64,000 nt of DNA from a virus. The position numbers were made by a program, and so were the translations under genes. The notes under the pieces are model-generated. The model was not told the DNA's origin and ran no database searches. It was given only the letters and a program-made list of their open reading frames with translations. Below, piece after piece: positions 1 through 9,656 of this stretch. Where the stretch lies: positions 113,774 to 177,773 of the IMG/VR virus record IMGVR_UViG_3300014613_000001, one strand, 5' to 3'. Each line of letters starts with the position of its first letter. The stretch's first letter is position 1.

Positions 1-1
1 G

Positions 2-382
2 GACCAACCTTCTCAGATGGCACGTCCTGCAGAGGTCACCAGCCAGGAGAAGATGATCGCCTCGAACGAAGCGGCCATCGACTTCACCAAACGAGATGCC
101 AAGGCGGTACCGAAGAAGCGGATGGGAGAGGTTCTGGATGAACCCGCCCAGAGCAAGAGCGGAGACAGTGTGCTCCAAGATGCTCTGGGGTCGGACCTGG
201 TGAACCAGGCTGGGGCCAAAGTGGCTTCTGCTCTGGACGCCGTGCAGAAGATCGCAAGTGAAGGTTGCCAATGCGGCGGCCAAGGAGCTTGTAACTTCTG
301 CAAGATCGCTTCTCGAGTCGAGCAGAAGAGGCAGGGACTGGTTGGCTCCCGCGCCGTCGCTGCTCATGGTATGGGCCGGTAA
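2..382 (+). CDS. 5'-truncated head-associated/scaffold-like protein
   Basis: Frame is open to the window edge upstream of ATG 17; three K-[VI]-A-S motifs; sits two genes before the capsid gene. Confidence 0.6.
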   Translation, partial: DQPSQMARPAEVTSQEKMIASNEAAIDFTKRDAKAVPKKRMGEVLDEPAQSKSGDSVLQDALGSDLVNQAGAKVASALDAVQKIASEGCQCGGQGACNFCKIASRVEQKRQGLVGSRAVAAHGMGR

Positions 383-391
383 GGAGGACAC

Positions 392-754
392 ATGGAAAAG
401 CTCAGCGCAGACAAAGTCCTTGCCGTCTTCGGATCGGTTCCTTCGACGCTCAGAAAGCTGGCCTCGGAGCGGGACGCGGCACAGGTCGAAAACCTGGAGC
501 TCAAGCGTCAGCTTCGTGAACTCCGGCTGAATGAGCGTGTGGAGAAGATCGCTCAGGAGGTTCACGACAAGGGCATTCAGCAGGGCCGAACCGTGGAAGA
601 GACGAGAGAGTTCCTGCTTCAAAAGGCTGCTGCGGGGAAGCTCGACATCATCGAGCAGGCCGTCGACATGACGTCCCGTCAAGCAAGTCTTGGAATCCTT
701 GGGGATCTTCCCAAGGGTGGGGAGAGCTCTCTCGACGAATTCGTCGTCAGCTGA
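392..754 (+). CDS. Coiled-coil scaffold-like head protein
   Basis: AGGAGG RBS; coiled-coil LELKRQLRELRLNERVEKIAQE; position before capsid genes. Confidence 0.6.
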   Translation: MEKLSADKVLAVFGSVPSTLRKLASERDAAQVENLELKRQLRELRLNERVEKIAQEVHDKGIQQGRTVEETREFLLQKAAAGKLDIIEQAVDMTSRQASLGILGDLPKGGESSLDEFVVS

Positions 755-787
755 ACCGGTTCTCTGGCAAGGGTGAGGTGAAAGGCT

Positions 788-1261
788 ATGATTCAGACAT
801 TCAGAATCGTCGGTGAGTCGCACGCCAACCTACTCATCAGATCCTATCTCGTAGAGACGGCAGCGCTGTTGGACTTCAACAACGCCAACCCCCTCGAGAT
901 GGGCGAGTGGTTGACGATCAACGCGAGCAACCGGCTTGCGAGGGCCGCAAACCCAGGTGTCACTCCGGGACCCTTCGTGATGTACGCGGAGAAGGGCCGG
1001 TCGGATACCCAGGGTATCAGCGGCAGGGGCAAGGTCCCGATCATCATGGGCGGGGTCTATATCGGTGAGACGCTCATCTGGAATACAGGAGCGCCTCCGG
1101 TTCTCGGCGCTCGACTCGAGGTGGCGGACGTGACGTACGACGCCTTGACGAAGTCGGGACTTCAAACACACGCAGCTGGTGCGAACCCTCGGGTAGGCCA
1201 CGTCCTTCGGACGGGGGCTTCCAACGGCGGTTGGCTTCAGTTCCTGTCGGTGTGGGAGTAG
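788..1261 (+). CDS. Putative capsid decoration/stabilising protein
   Basis: 157 aa, beta-rich, immediately upstream of the major capsid gene (synteny inference). Confidence 0.55.
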   Translation: MIQTFRIVGESHANLLIRSYLVETAALLDFNNANPLEMGEWLTINASNRLARAANPGVTPGPFVMYAEKGRSDTQGISGRGKVPIIMGGVYIGETLIWNTGAPPVLGARLEVADVTYDALTKSGLQTHAAGANPRVGHVLRTGASNGGWLQFLSVWE

Positions 1262-1270
1262 GAGGAGATC

Positions 1271-2401
1271 ATGAACAACCTACCTGCAGAGGTGTGGAAC
1301 GGCATGTTCCTCGACAAACTCAACACCGCGGAGGGCAAGGAGAAAGTCGCCGAGTTCGGTGGCGAATACATCCGTGACCACCTGCGTGAGGTTGCGTTCT
1401 GTCGGAACATCATTCCGCCGGTCAACGTGACAAAGAGCGACGCCCGCGCGTCGATCCACCACGATACCCTCGTGATGGTCGAGGAGATCGAGCCTCAAAG
1501 CCGCGCGATGACGCTCAACTTCCGCGGCCAACCCGATGTCCGCATCATCCGTGCCGACAGATGCGAAGTTCCCTTCTTCATGATCAGCTCCGAGCGGTTC
1601 GAGAAGTGGGAAGAAGAGCTTCTCGTCTACCGGATGAAGATCACCAAGGTGATCGAAGACAACAGCATCAAGGACATCCAGGAGATCGAGGACCGCGAGT
1701 TCTTGATCCACTGCGAGGCGGCATGCCAGGCGCTCCAACAGGAAGCCAACGGCGGCGCCGTTACGTCTTTGCATCAGACCACCATCCTCGCCGGCACCGT
1801 CGTGGAGAGCTCCATCCGCAAGGGTGCGCTCGCCCGCGTCGATGCCAACAACGACAGCTTCGTCTGGCCGCTGCAACGCCAAGACATCATCAACGGCCAC
1901 AAGCTCCTGGATGGCAACCGTCTCCGCTGCGAGAAGGCTCTGCTCACCGAGTCGGACTTCGACGACGTGAACCAGTGGACAGTCGAGGACTTCGGCGACA
2001 AGCTCCAGTCCGAGACCGCCGTGGAGGGCTACAAGTACTCCACCCTGATCGGACGTGGGTTCGTCCGGACCATAAAGACGGACATCCTTCGCCCCGGGAA
2101 CGTGTACTTCTTCACGTCCCCGGACTTCCTGGGCCGGTTCTACATCTTGAACCAGGTCAAGTTCTACATCGACAAGGTGGTGAACTTGATCACGTGGCAG
2201 GCGTGGGAGACCATCGCAATGGCGATCCTCAACGTCGCCGCGGTTCGAAAGATCGAGCTGTACAGCGGTGATGCCACTGCCAACGACACCGACGGTATCG
2301 TGGCGGCGGGGACTGTCACACCGGTGGCCGAGGAGGATCTCGGGGCCATGAACAACCGAGTCGCGGACGAGGTGTTCTTCCCCGCGATACACTTCTTCTA
2401 G
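1271..2401 (+). CDS. Major capsid protein (HK97-fold expected)
   Basis: 376 aa, strong RBS, very biased C/G-ending codons, followed by an intrinsic terminator; size and position fit an MCP. Confidence 0.8.
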   Translation: MNNLPAEVWNGMFLDKLNTAEGKEKVAEFGGEYIRDHLREVAFCRNIIPPVNVTKSDARASIHHDTLVMVEEIEPQSRAMTLNFRGQPDVRIIRADRCEVPFFMISSERFEKWEEELLVYRMKITKVIEDNSIKDIQEIEDREFLIHCEAACQALQQEANGGAVTSLHQTTILAGTVVESSIRKGALARVDANNDSFVWPLQRQDIINGHKLLDGNRLRCEKALLTESDFDDVNQWTVEDFGDKLQSETAVEGYKYSTLIGRGFVRTIKTDILRPGNVYFFTSPDFLGRFYILNQVKFYIDKVVNLITWQAWETIAMAILNVAAVRKIELYSGDATANDTDGIVAAGTVTPVAEEDLGAMNNRVADEVFFPAIHFF

Positions 2402-2430
2402 GCCGAACTGGTCGACTGCACGCGCACAAC

Positions 2431-2466
2431 GGGCGCGGCGTCAACGCGGCGTCGCGCCCTTTTTTT
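2431..2466 (+). terminator. Rho-independent terminator after the capsid gene
   Basis: GGGCGCGGCG/CGTCGCGCCC stem followed by T7. Confidence 0.85.
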
Positions 2467-2477
2467 CGGAGGTAGCG

Positions 2478-2954
2478 ATGCCCAGAATCAGCAATCCAAT
2501 CATCATTCTCAGCACTGTTCGTCGTGTGCAGACACGTACGACCAGGATTCAGCAACCGACCAGGACGCCCTTCAAGCAGTATGTGTGCGGTGGTCGACAC
2601 CGTCTCGTGCGGAATCAGCATGTCGTGGTCACCGAAGAAGAGATTCTTGCACACCGTCCGGAGCTCGAGAACTTGATCTCGACCGGCGTTATCGAGATCC
2701 GAGTGGGTTCTCCTGTCGGTCCCCTCTACGAGTTTGCTACACTCGTGGAGGACCCAGAGGAGGATGAAACGAATCCGGAGCCTGCTATCGCTGAACTCGA
2801 GGAGTCGGACTCCGCGGTTGAGCGGCAGGACACACCGAATTTCCGCGCCATGGCGAAGGCCAAGCTGGTGGAGTACTTGGTCGAGCACACGGGAGAAGAT
2901 CCCGAGGTGCTGGCAGCTATGAAGAAATCCCAGCTGCTGGAGATCGTTGAATGA
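2478..2954 (+). CDS. Hypothetical protein with C-terminal Rho-N/HeH-like helical motif
   Basis: GGAGG RBS; C-terminus NFRAMAKAKLVEYL...MKKSQLLEIVE. Confidence 0.6.
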   Translation: MPRISNPIIILSTVRRVQTRTTRIQQPTRTPFKQYVCGGRHRLVRNQHVVVTEEEILAHRPELENLISTGVIEIRVGSPVGPLYEFATLVEDPEEDETNPEPAIAELEESDSAVERQDTPNFRAMAKAKLVEYLVEHTGEDPEVLAAMKKSQLLEIVE

Positions 2955-3247
2955 GGGTGTACAACCTTACGGATCAGAGACTCGGGCCTGGGAAACCTTT
3001 TCCGCAGGTTCTGAGGATCAGTGGATTCGAAATTCAACCCGGTGGCCACACGGATTTCCCGGACAGCTTCCCGCTCCACCGCATCTCAGGATGGATGCGC
3101 GCGATTTGGGTCAGTGTGGATCACCTTCCGACCTGGTACCAGCAAGCCAGACGGACTCCTCGGCCATCTTCGACTGTGGTTACTGACGCGCCGCTCGAAG
3201 AGGACGAGAAGCTGAAAAAGCAAAGGAAGCGGAAGAAGGATGACTAG
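2951..3247 (+). CDS. Hypothetical virion-module protein
   Basis: ATGA coupling to neighbours; Lys/Arg-rich tail. Confidence 0.6.
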   Translation: MRVYNLTDQRLGPGKPFPQVLRISGFEIQPGGHTDFPDSFPLHRISGWMRAIWVSVDHLPTWYQQARRTPRPSSTVVTDAPLEEDEKLKKQRKRKKDD

Positions 3248-3764
3248 GCTTCAGGGTCTGGATCAGCCGAATATCCCCGGCGCGACTGCCGTGTTCAACC
3301 ACTTCGTGGCGCGTGTTCGGCTCTTCATGAGGGACTACGCTGAGCTCAATCGGCTTGTCGAAGGGGAGGAGAGCAACGATCGTATGATCGCTTTCGCCGT
3401 CTACGACGCCCTGAGCGATTTCAATTCGACGCCTCCGTTCATTGGGACCTATGGCTTCACCGAGTTCATGACGAACAACTGGCACCACCCTCTCATGCTC
3501 AAGACCTGCGTCTGTTTGATGGAGTCCGTGGGGATATTGCAGACGAGAAATCATCTTCCGTTTTCAGATGGCGGCCTGAACGTGTCCGTATCCGACAAGA
3601 CACCGCTCCTCCAGTCCTGGATCCAGCTCTTCAACATGCGGTGGGAGCGGTTCAAATCACAGACAAAAATGGCGAAGAACATCGCGCTGCTCTTCTCTGA
3701 GCCCGGAGGGGTCTCCAGCGAGCTCTTCATCGTGAATGGGTATTGGAGCTCAGAGTACAGCTAG
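3240..3764 (+). CDS. Putative head-tail adaptor/neck protein
   Basis: 174-aa helical protein downstream of the capsid gene; position typical of adaptors. Confidence 0.5.
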   Translation: MTRLQGLDQPNIPGATAVFNHFVARVRLFMRDYAELNRLVEGEESNDRMIAFAVYDALSDFNSTPPFIGTYGFTEFMTNNWHHPLMLKTCVCLMESVGILQTRNHLPFSDGGLNVSVSDKTPLLQSWIQLFNMRWERFKSQTKMAKNIALLFSEPGGVSSELFIVNGYWSSEYS

Positions 3765-3772
3765 GAGACGAG

Positions 3773-4252
3773 ATGGCACATTGGACTGTGAGTCAGTTTT
3801 CCCGGGAGGAGGATCTTCAAGACTTCCTCAATGGGGCTATGATCGGTAACGTGAATCTCAACACTGCAGGGGCTGACGTCGACGGCAAGACGTTTATCGT
3901 CCACAACGGTACCGGCGACAAGACGACGACCTTCGCGCCGGCCAAGGGGCGGAACTGGACCCTCAACGAGATCTTGGACGCGATCAATGCCACTATCGGT
4001 CTCGAAGGGGTGGCGACTGCCAAAGTATTCCCATCTCAGGGTGCCGGGATTGTGGCCAAGCGGAAGCTCCGCATCATGGGTGATCCGTTTCACACCATCC
4101 GGGGCAACGGTACGGCGAACGCCGAGCTCGGTTTCACTGAAGGGGCCACGCCGGCAGATGACACGATTCAGACGATCTTCGCGATGACGACGATCAACAT
4201 ATATGCTCTGAGCGATCCGAATACGCAGTGGATCGTTGTTCGCTACGCATAA
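3773..4252 (+). CDS. Hypothetical structural protein
   Basis: AGGAG RBS before ATG 3773; resembles the beta-rich inserted segments of the sheath protein. Confidence 0.6.
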   Translation: MAHWTVSQFSREEDLQDFLNGAMIGNVNLNTAGADVDGKTFIVHNGTGDKTTTFAPAKGRNWTLNEILDAINATIGLEGVATAKVFPSQGAGIVAKRKLRIMGDPFHTIRGNGTANAELGFTEGATPADDTIQTIFAMTTINIYALSDPNTQWIVVRYA

Positions 4253-4264
4253 GAGGAGGCGCAG

Positions 4265-5530
4265 ATGTCCCTTGATGATTTTGTGACTGAGGGTACGGGC
4301 CTTCCGTGGGTAGAGGCGGCGGCCTTCTGGGTTGATCTTCATCGACCGTATAGACAACCAGTTTTGACAAAGAGCGCGGCTCTGGGGATGCTCAAGCTCG
4401 GGTACATCCGCAAGCGGGCCATAAGCGAAGAGGAAGCGATCAAGGAGCAGCAACGCGCTGCCATGACCGATCCGAACGTCGTCTCCGCTCTGGACTACCA
4501 GGAGCAGCAGGCGGAACGAGAAGAGCTGCAGATGGCCGTGCAGCAGCTTCAGCAGCAGCTCGAGCAGACTCAGCAATCCGCGGCTCAAGCCGATCAGATG
4601 GCGCAAGAGCAATCTGCTGCAAACCAGGAGCTGCAAGCACAGGTGCAGCAGGCAGCGGTCGCACAGCAGGCCGCAACAGAGCAGATGATCGCGGCCAAAG
4701 ATACGGCGATGCAGGAGCAGGTGACCAGCCAGCAGAACAGAGAGCAGCTCATGCAGGCGGCTGATCAGCTGGCGCTGCAGCTCAAGCAGGTCGCCGCCCA
4801 ACCTACGCAGTCCGAGCAGACTGCGACGGCTGAACAGCAGCAGATGCAGCAGCAGGCACAGGCCGCTGGTGCACCAGCAGAGGGTGAGCAGCCTCCGCCC
4901 TCCTCGCGTACTGAGAAAGAGGTCACAGAGGCTCAGAAGGCCCAGGAGCAGGCAGCACGGCAGACAGAGCAGGCCCAGCAGTCCGCAGCCCAGGACCAGG
5001 CCAAGGTCCAGGTCAACGTCGGCGGGGCACCTCAGCCTCCAACCACCGCCGCCAGTCCGGTGAAGACCGGATCGGATCGTTCTGTCGAGCTCATGGCCTT
5101 GCTCGATGGTCACGTGAAACAAGGTTTCGACAAGGTCCGAGCGGCCTATGCAGGAGGGGGCGCAGTTCTTGGTGCCGGTCAAGCGGGCCTCGAACAGATG
5201 CTCAATCGGCGGAAGCACGGGAAGGACGCGCCGTCTGACAAGGAGATTGATCTGTCGGCCAAGCTCCAGGCGGCGCAGACCAAAGTGAAAAGGGATCCGA
5301 CCTATGCGAACAAGGGGGTCGTCAGCGCACTCCGGTTCCGTCACGACCTTGCGCAATCTGGAAGAGAGCACCCTCTCGGTGCCATGGGTAGGGGTGCAGT
5401 GCAGGGAGCTGTCCTGGGTTCTATCGCCGGTCCAAGCGCCCATAGACTGGGAGGCTGGGTCAAGAAGCTCGTCCAGGCCCGGGGTGCAGCAGCCGCCGCC
5501 GCGAAGGCTGCCAAAGGAGCCGTGTCATGA
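4265..5530 (+). CDS. Gln/Ala-rich coiled-coil protein with C-terminal glycine zipper
   Basis: 421 aa; long Q/A coiled coil; GRGAVQGAVLGSIAG. Confidence 0.75.
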   Translation: MSLDDFVTEGTGLPWVEAAAFWVDLHRPYRQPVLTKSAALGMLKLGYIRKRAISEEEAIKEQQRAAMTDPNVVSALDYQEQQAEREELQMAVQQLQQQLEQTQQSAAQADQMAQEQSAANQELQAQVQQAAVAQQAATEQMIAAKDTAMQEQVTSQQNREQLMQAADQLALQLKQVAAQPTQSEQTATAEQQQMQQQAQAAGAPAEGEQPPPSSRTEKEVTEAQKAQEQAARQTEQAQQSAAQDQAKVQVNVGGAPQPPTTAASPVKTGSDRSVELMALLDGHVKQGFDKVRAAYAGGGAVLGAGQAGLEQMLNRRKHGKDAPSDKEIDLSAKLQAAQTKVKRDPTYANKGVVSALRFRHDLAQSGREHPLGAMGRGAVQGAVLGSIAGPSAHRLGGWVKKLVQARGAAAAAAKAAKGAVS

Positions 5531-6942
5531 ATGCGTTTGACCAAGAAATCGAGCTTTTGAGCTCACGAGAAACTGCCGGTGATCAGTTCCGTAAGCTGGC
5601 CGCGGAGATCGACACGGCGAACTTCATGAACAAGAAGAACCCTGTCACCGGTCATTCCGGTGTCGACGCCGCCTCTGTCGAGGAAGGTCTGGCTGCGGTC
5701 TTAGCCCGGAAGGGTAAGCGGAGCTTCGACGACACCATTCCGAAGGAGCGCAAAGAGTTCACCCCCCGATACGATGAGATGCCCATCATCACCCCGGCAC
5801 TGGGGGCACCCCTCGCTGGCAATCCCAAGGGCTCGGCTGTGGTCAAGACGGCCTTGGAGATGGAAAAGAAGGCGTGGTTTCACCTCAAGCGCGAGGGGGA
5901 TGTACAACGCCAACGGCTCACTATGGTCAGAGACCGCATCAGCGCCCCTGACTGGGATCGTGAAGTGGGCCGGAAGAAGATGGATCACTTCAACAACTTC
6001 CTGGCCATGGCCGAGCAGAGAAAGGGGAAGGCGCTCACCAAAGAAGAAGTAGACATCTTGATCACGTCCTATAACAAGGCGACGGGCACCAGCGTGCCAC
6101 TGACCGAGGATTGGCACGGTGGCAGCGTCCCCTATGAAGCCTTCGAGGGTTCGAAGACGAAGACCGCCGGAGGTATCCTGCGCCCTTTTGATCCTTCTTT
6201 TCTAAAAAAGTTGGGTGAAGAAGCGGAAAGGGCGACTGAGTTTCACATCCCCACCAAGTTCACCCCAAAGCAGAAGGCCGGTTTGATCGCGGGTGGAGCT
6301 CTTACGGCCGGAACCGGCCTCGGTCTCGGTGCACTCGGGGTTCATCGGGCCGCAAGAGCTGAGAAGGATGTTCGAGATCTTTCAAAGAAAACGATCGCCG
6401 CACTTGGCACCGCGGGGTCGGATGTCAGTAAAGAGGTGATGCGGGTAGGCGGAGCGATGGCGGGAGGTGCTGATAGTTTACGAGAGGCCAGTGAAAACGT
6501 GAACAAGGTCGTGAAACCGATCGCAGACACCGTAGAAAAGGTGCAAGGGGGGAAGAAGGCTATCGTCGATGCTGTCGAAAAGACACTGGCCAAGGCGCCG
6601 CAAGCTCAGAAAGTTGTGGCTGATACGGCTAGGAGTGGTGGAAGAGTCATTGCTAATGCCGCGCACGGCGGAAAACAGGCTATCGTCGATGCCGTTCACA
6701 GCGGGGGCAAAGCTGTGATCAGCAAAGCTCACAGTGGGAGAAAGGTTGTTTCGAACGTCGCCCGGGGTGGGAAACAGGCGGTCGTCAATACGGCTCAAGC
6801 TGCGAAAGCCGGGACGGGTAAAGCGCTGTTCCGTGTGCTCAGTCGCATAGCGAAGTACAGCCACGACACGAACTCCCGTGACATGTACATCAAGCTCGCC
6901 TCAGCGGGGCAGCTTAGGACTTTGGAGGGGTGGAACCAATGA
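5527..6942 (+). CDS. Low-complexity virion-associated protein with K-x-A motifs and glycine zipper
   Basis: 471 aa; RKLAA, VKTAL, TKTAG, IKLAS; internal repeat GGKQAIVDAV. Confidence 0.75.
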   Translation: MNAFDQEIELLSSRETAGDQFRKLAAEIDTANFMNKKNPVTGHSGVDAASVEEGLAAVLARKGKRSFDDTIPKERKEFTPRYDEMPIITPALGAPLAGNPKGSAVVKTALEMEKKAWFHLKREGDVQRQRLTMVRDRISAPDWDREVGRKKMDHFNNFLAMAEQRKGKALTKEEVDILITSYNKATGTSVPLTEDWHGGSVPYEAFEGSKTKTAGGILRPFDPSFLKKLGEEAERATEFHIPTKFTPKQKAGLIAGGALTAGTGLGLGALGVHRAARAEKDVRDLSKKTIAALGTAGSDVSKEVMRVGGAMAGGADSLREASENVNKVVKPIADTVEKVQGGKKAIVDAVEKTLAKAPQAQKVVADTARSGGRVIANAAHGGKQAIVDAVHSGGKAVISKAHSGRKVVSNVARGGKQAVVNTAQAAKAGTGKALFRVLSRIAKYSHDTNSRDMYIKLASAGQLRTLEGWNQ

Positions 6943-7316
6943 TCAGTTTTATCTCGTTCAGTGATGAGCTACAGAAGATCGCCGCGGAGGGTGCTGGGTA
7001 TCGAGCTCCCACCACTTGGGATCGTCTTGGCCCAGAAGGGTATCTTGGAGAGGCGATCCCTAACGATCCTGAAGAGCGTAAGCAGAGGTATCTTAGCCGA
7101 ACTAAATTTCTTCCCGTGACTTCGGGACTTCTTGGAGGAGCTGGTATGGCGCTTGCCGGGGGGTCGCATGCTGGGGGAAAGGGCGCGCTTATCGGCGGTG
7201 CTCTCGGAGCTGCAGCCGGTGCAGGAGGATCGCTTCTTGGTAGATATCTGGCAGGGAGACATATAAAGACCAAGGCAATGGAAGAAGCTCTGGTTCGAAA
7301 TACGAAGGCAAAGTAG
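6939..7316 (+). CDS. FSDELQKIA-family glycine-zipper protein 1
   Basis: MISFISFSDELQKIA start; GGxxG repeats. Confidence 0.8.
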   Translation: MISFISFSDELQKIAAEGAGYRAPTTWDRLGPEGYLGEAIPNDPEERKQRYLSRTKFLPVTSGLLGGAGMALAGGSHAGGKGALIGGALGAAAGAGGSLLGRYLAGRHIKTKAMEEALVRNTKAK

Positions 7317-8197
7317 TGCTCCGTGTCAAAAACCTCGTTGTGAAGTCCCTCGATGTTGATCACCTGGACTTGTTCTGGGAGATTGGGGACACCTATGCGG
7401 ACCCATACGACTACACGTTCGTCGTGGAACGGAGTGAGTCACCCGAGGGCCCGTGGGATCAACTGAGCGAGGCCTTCTCGGACAAGTATTTCTTCCGAGA
7501 TGTGATGACCCGGCAGTTTCACCGCCATCGGCAGCTCTGGTATCGGATCAAGATTACACGGCTGTCGGACAGCAACGTGGTCTACTCTGGTCCTTCGGCC
7601 CGACAGCCCCAGCCCGACCTCATCGCACAAGAAGTTCGTAGGCTGGAGTTCCTTTTGTTGAAGGAGCATGTCGGTCGGACCGTATGGCTCTTCCCAGTTC
7701 GAACATTTGGCCAGCGCTGCCGCGCATGCTACGATCCGGTCTCCAAGACGCGGACACGATCCAACTGTCTCACGTGCTACGACACAACCTACGTTCGCGG
7801 GTATCTTGATCCCATTGCACTTCCGATCCAGATCGACCCCTCGCCAAAGGTCACACAGCAGACGGCGATGATGGAGTCTCAAGAGCAGAATGTGACGGCG
7901 CGGACGTCGTATTACCCGCCCATCAAGCCACGTGATCTGATCGTCGAGGCCGAGAACATTCGGTGGCAGGTCTACTCGGTGTCAACGACACAGCGTCTCC
8001 GAGCTGTGTTGCACCAAGAGCTCACCATGCACCGGGTACCGGAGACGGACATCGAGTTCCGGCTTCCGATCAACATCGACAGTCTCCGGGATCTCCAGCC
8101 GAGCCCGGGGCGCACTTTTACGAATCCGCATCACCTCGAGTGCGAACGCGGGGCTGATCTACGCACGAGCATGTTGAAAGGACACGGTCATGATTAG
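7316..8197 (+). CDS. Putative neck/head-closure protein with FN3-like N-terminus and Cys4 motif
   Basis: 293 aa; CRAC...CLTC; position between head and tail genes. Confidence 0.55.
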   Translation: MLRVKNLVVKSLDVDHLDLFWEIGDTYADPYDYTFVVERSESPEGPWDQLSEAFSDKYFFRDVMTRQFHRHRQLWYRIKITRLSDSNVVYSGPSARQPQPDLIAQEVRRLEFLLLKEHVGRTVWLFPVRTFGQRCRACYDPVSKTRTRSNCLTCYDTTYVRGYLDPIALPIQIDPSPKVTQQTAMMESQEQNVTARTSYYPPIKPRDLIVEAENIRWQVYSVSTTQRLRAVLHQELTMHRVPETDIEFRLPINIDSLRDLQPSPGRTFTNPHHLECERGADLRTSMLKGHGHD

Positions 8198-8483
8198 TTT
8201 CACAGCATTCAGTGACGAGCTACAGAAGATCGCGCAGTACGACCAACAGTACGATCCCGACAAAGGGGCCAAGATAGTCGGTGCGCTGACAGGTATGGGT
8301 TTGGGGGCAGCCGGCGGAGCGAAGCTGGTAGGGAAGTCGTTGGGGGGCAAGGCACGCATCCCTGCTGCTGTTCTCGGAGCTCTTGTCGGTGGTCTCGGAG
8401 GACGAGAGGTCGGTGAGGGGGCGGCCACGGCAGGACGCGGTCTCCGCATGACGGCCGCGGGAACAAGGCAGGCGTTGAGGTGA
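8190..8483 (+). CDS. FSDELQKIA-family glycine-zipper protein 2
   Basis: MISFTAFSDELQKIA start; GALTGMGLGAAGG...GALVGGLGG. Confidence 0.8.
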   Translation: MISFTAFSDELQKIAQYDQQYDPDKGAKIVGALTGMGLGAAGGAKLVGKSLGGKARIPAAVLGALVGGLGGREVGEGAATAGRGLRMTAAGTRQALR

Positions 8484-8821
8484 TCGACTTCTCCTCATTC
8501 TCAGACGAGCTGCAGAAGATCGCGGCGGATACGGGGCCGACAAAGCCGATCAACAAAGAGCTCTTCATCCAGTTCTTGAAGAACACCGGGGCCATTGCTG
8601 CTGGTACGGGCCTCGGGTATGGGGCTGGGTCGCTTGCTCGAAATGCACTCAGTAGATATGCCGGACCCCGCTCGAGCTCGTGGAGAAAGCCGCTGGCTAT
8701 CGGTCTTCCGATCGCGGGTGGCATGGCTGCTATGCTGTACAAGAGTGTGCTCGATAAGAAGAAGAACGAGCTCTTGGACGAGGCGTACCAGCGGGGGCTG
8801 AAAGAACGAAGTGCCAAGTAA
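8480..8821 (+). CDS. FSDELQKIA-family glycine-zipper protein 3
   Basis: MIDFSSFSDELQKIA start (GTG); two hydrophobic Gly-rich segments. Confidence 0.8.
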   Translation: MIDFSSFSDELQKIAADTGPTKPINKELFIQFLKNTGAIAAGTGLGYGAGSLARNALSRYAGPRSSSWRKPLAIGLPIAGGMAAMLYKSVLDKKKNELLDEAYQRGLKERSAK

Positions 8822-9653
8822 GGTTCAAGTTTCGGACCCGACTCCGGGGACGCTGAGCAGCTGGGCGGACAGCCCTCTGCGCCACCTTATGCGCATTTGC
8901 ATCCTTTTTTTGCAGGCACTATACACGTCGGCCCCCAAGGGTCACTTCCATTGGTCGGACGACGATGAGCTCTCGGAGATCCTGATCACGAAAGAAGTGC
9001 CCATCGAATCAGATGTGGTTCACAAACGACCGGTCATCGTCTTGGTCCGTTCTCCAGTAGCGTGGCAGGGCCTTGGCCTTGATCAGTTAGATTCCGAAAG
9101 CATCAAGACCGGAGCACGTGATCACGTTGACATGCTCTCGGGTAATCTGACGTTCAACTGCCTGTCCGCAGTACCTGACGAGGCAGAGGTCATCGCATGG
9201 CTGACGGCGTCCCATACCTGGCTTCTGCGGCGTGTTCTGATGAAGCTGGGCTTTCACGACATCGGGCAGCGAATGCAGATCGGTTCACCTACACCTCCAG
9301 GGCAACTCGTTCGCGGGTCATCCAAGAGCGAGATCGTCAACGTCCCCGCGTTCACGACCTTCCAGTTTGGGTGGGGTGCCCGTGTGCTCGAAGAGGATGT
9401 CCCGGTTCTGCGGCAGATCGAGACAACTCTGGTCGCCTCCATGCTGCCAGCATTTCGGCCTACCAACACAATAATGGAGGGTGGGTGGGGCACAGGTCTG
9501 GTGCAGGTAGACGGCTCTCCTATAGAATTTGAGAACATGAAACGGCCGATTCGCTCTCCTACTGTCCGAGGGCGGCCGGCGACGGTTACGCAGGTGCTTG
9601 GGAATGATCCCAGCCCGTTGACACAGCGAATCATCATTGATGACAAGGGGTAA
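8811..9653 (+). CDS. Putative tail terminator/completion protein
   Basis: 280 aa directly upstream of the sheath gene; alpha/beta pattern. Confidence 0.5.
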   Translation: MPSKVQVSDPTPGTLSSWADSPLRHLMRICILFLQALYTSAPKGHFHWSDDDELSEILITKEVPIESDVVHKRPVIVLVRSPVAWQGLGLDQLDSESIKTGARDHVDMLSGNLTFNCLSAVPDEAEVIAWLTASHTWLLRRVLMKLGFHDIGQRMQIGSPTPPGQLVRGSSKSEIVNVPAFTTFQFGWGARVLEEDVPVLRQIETTLVASMLPAFRPTNTIMEGGWGTGLVQVDGSPIEFENMKRPIRSPTVRGRPATVTQVLGNDPSPLTQRIIIDDKG

Positions 9654-9656
9654 CCC

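Noticed and set aside
9597-9613. TGGGA-ATGA-TCCCA mini-hairpin
   Set aside because: Inside coding sequence, with no leader and the wrong loop.
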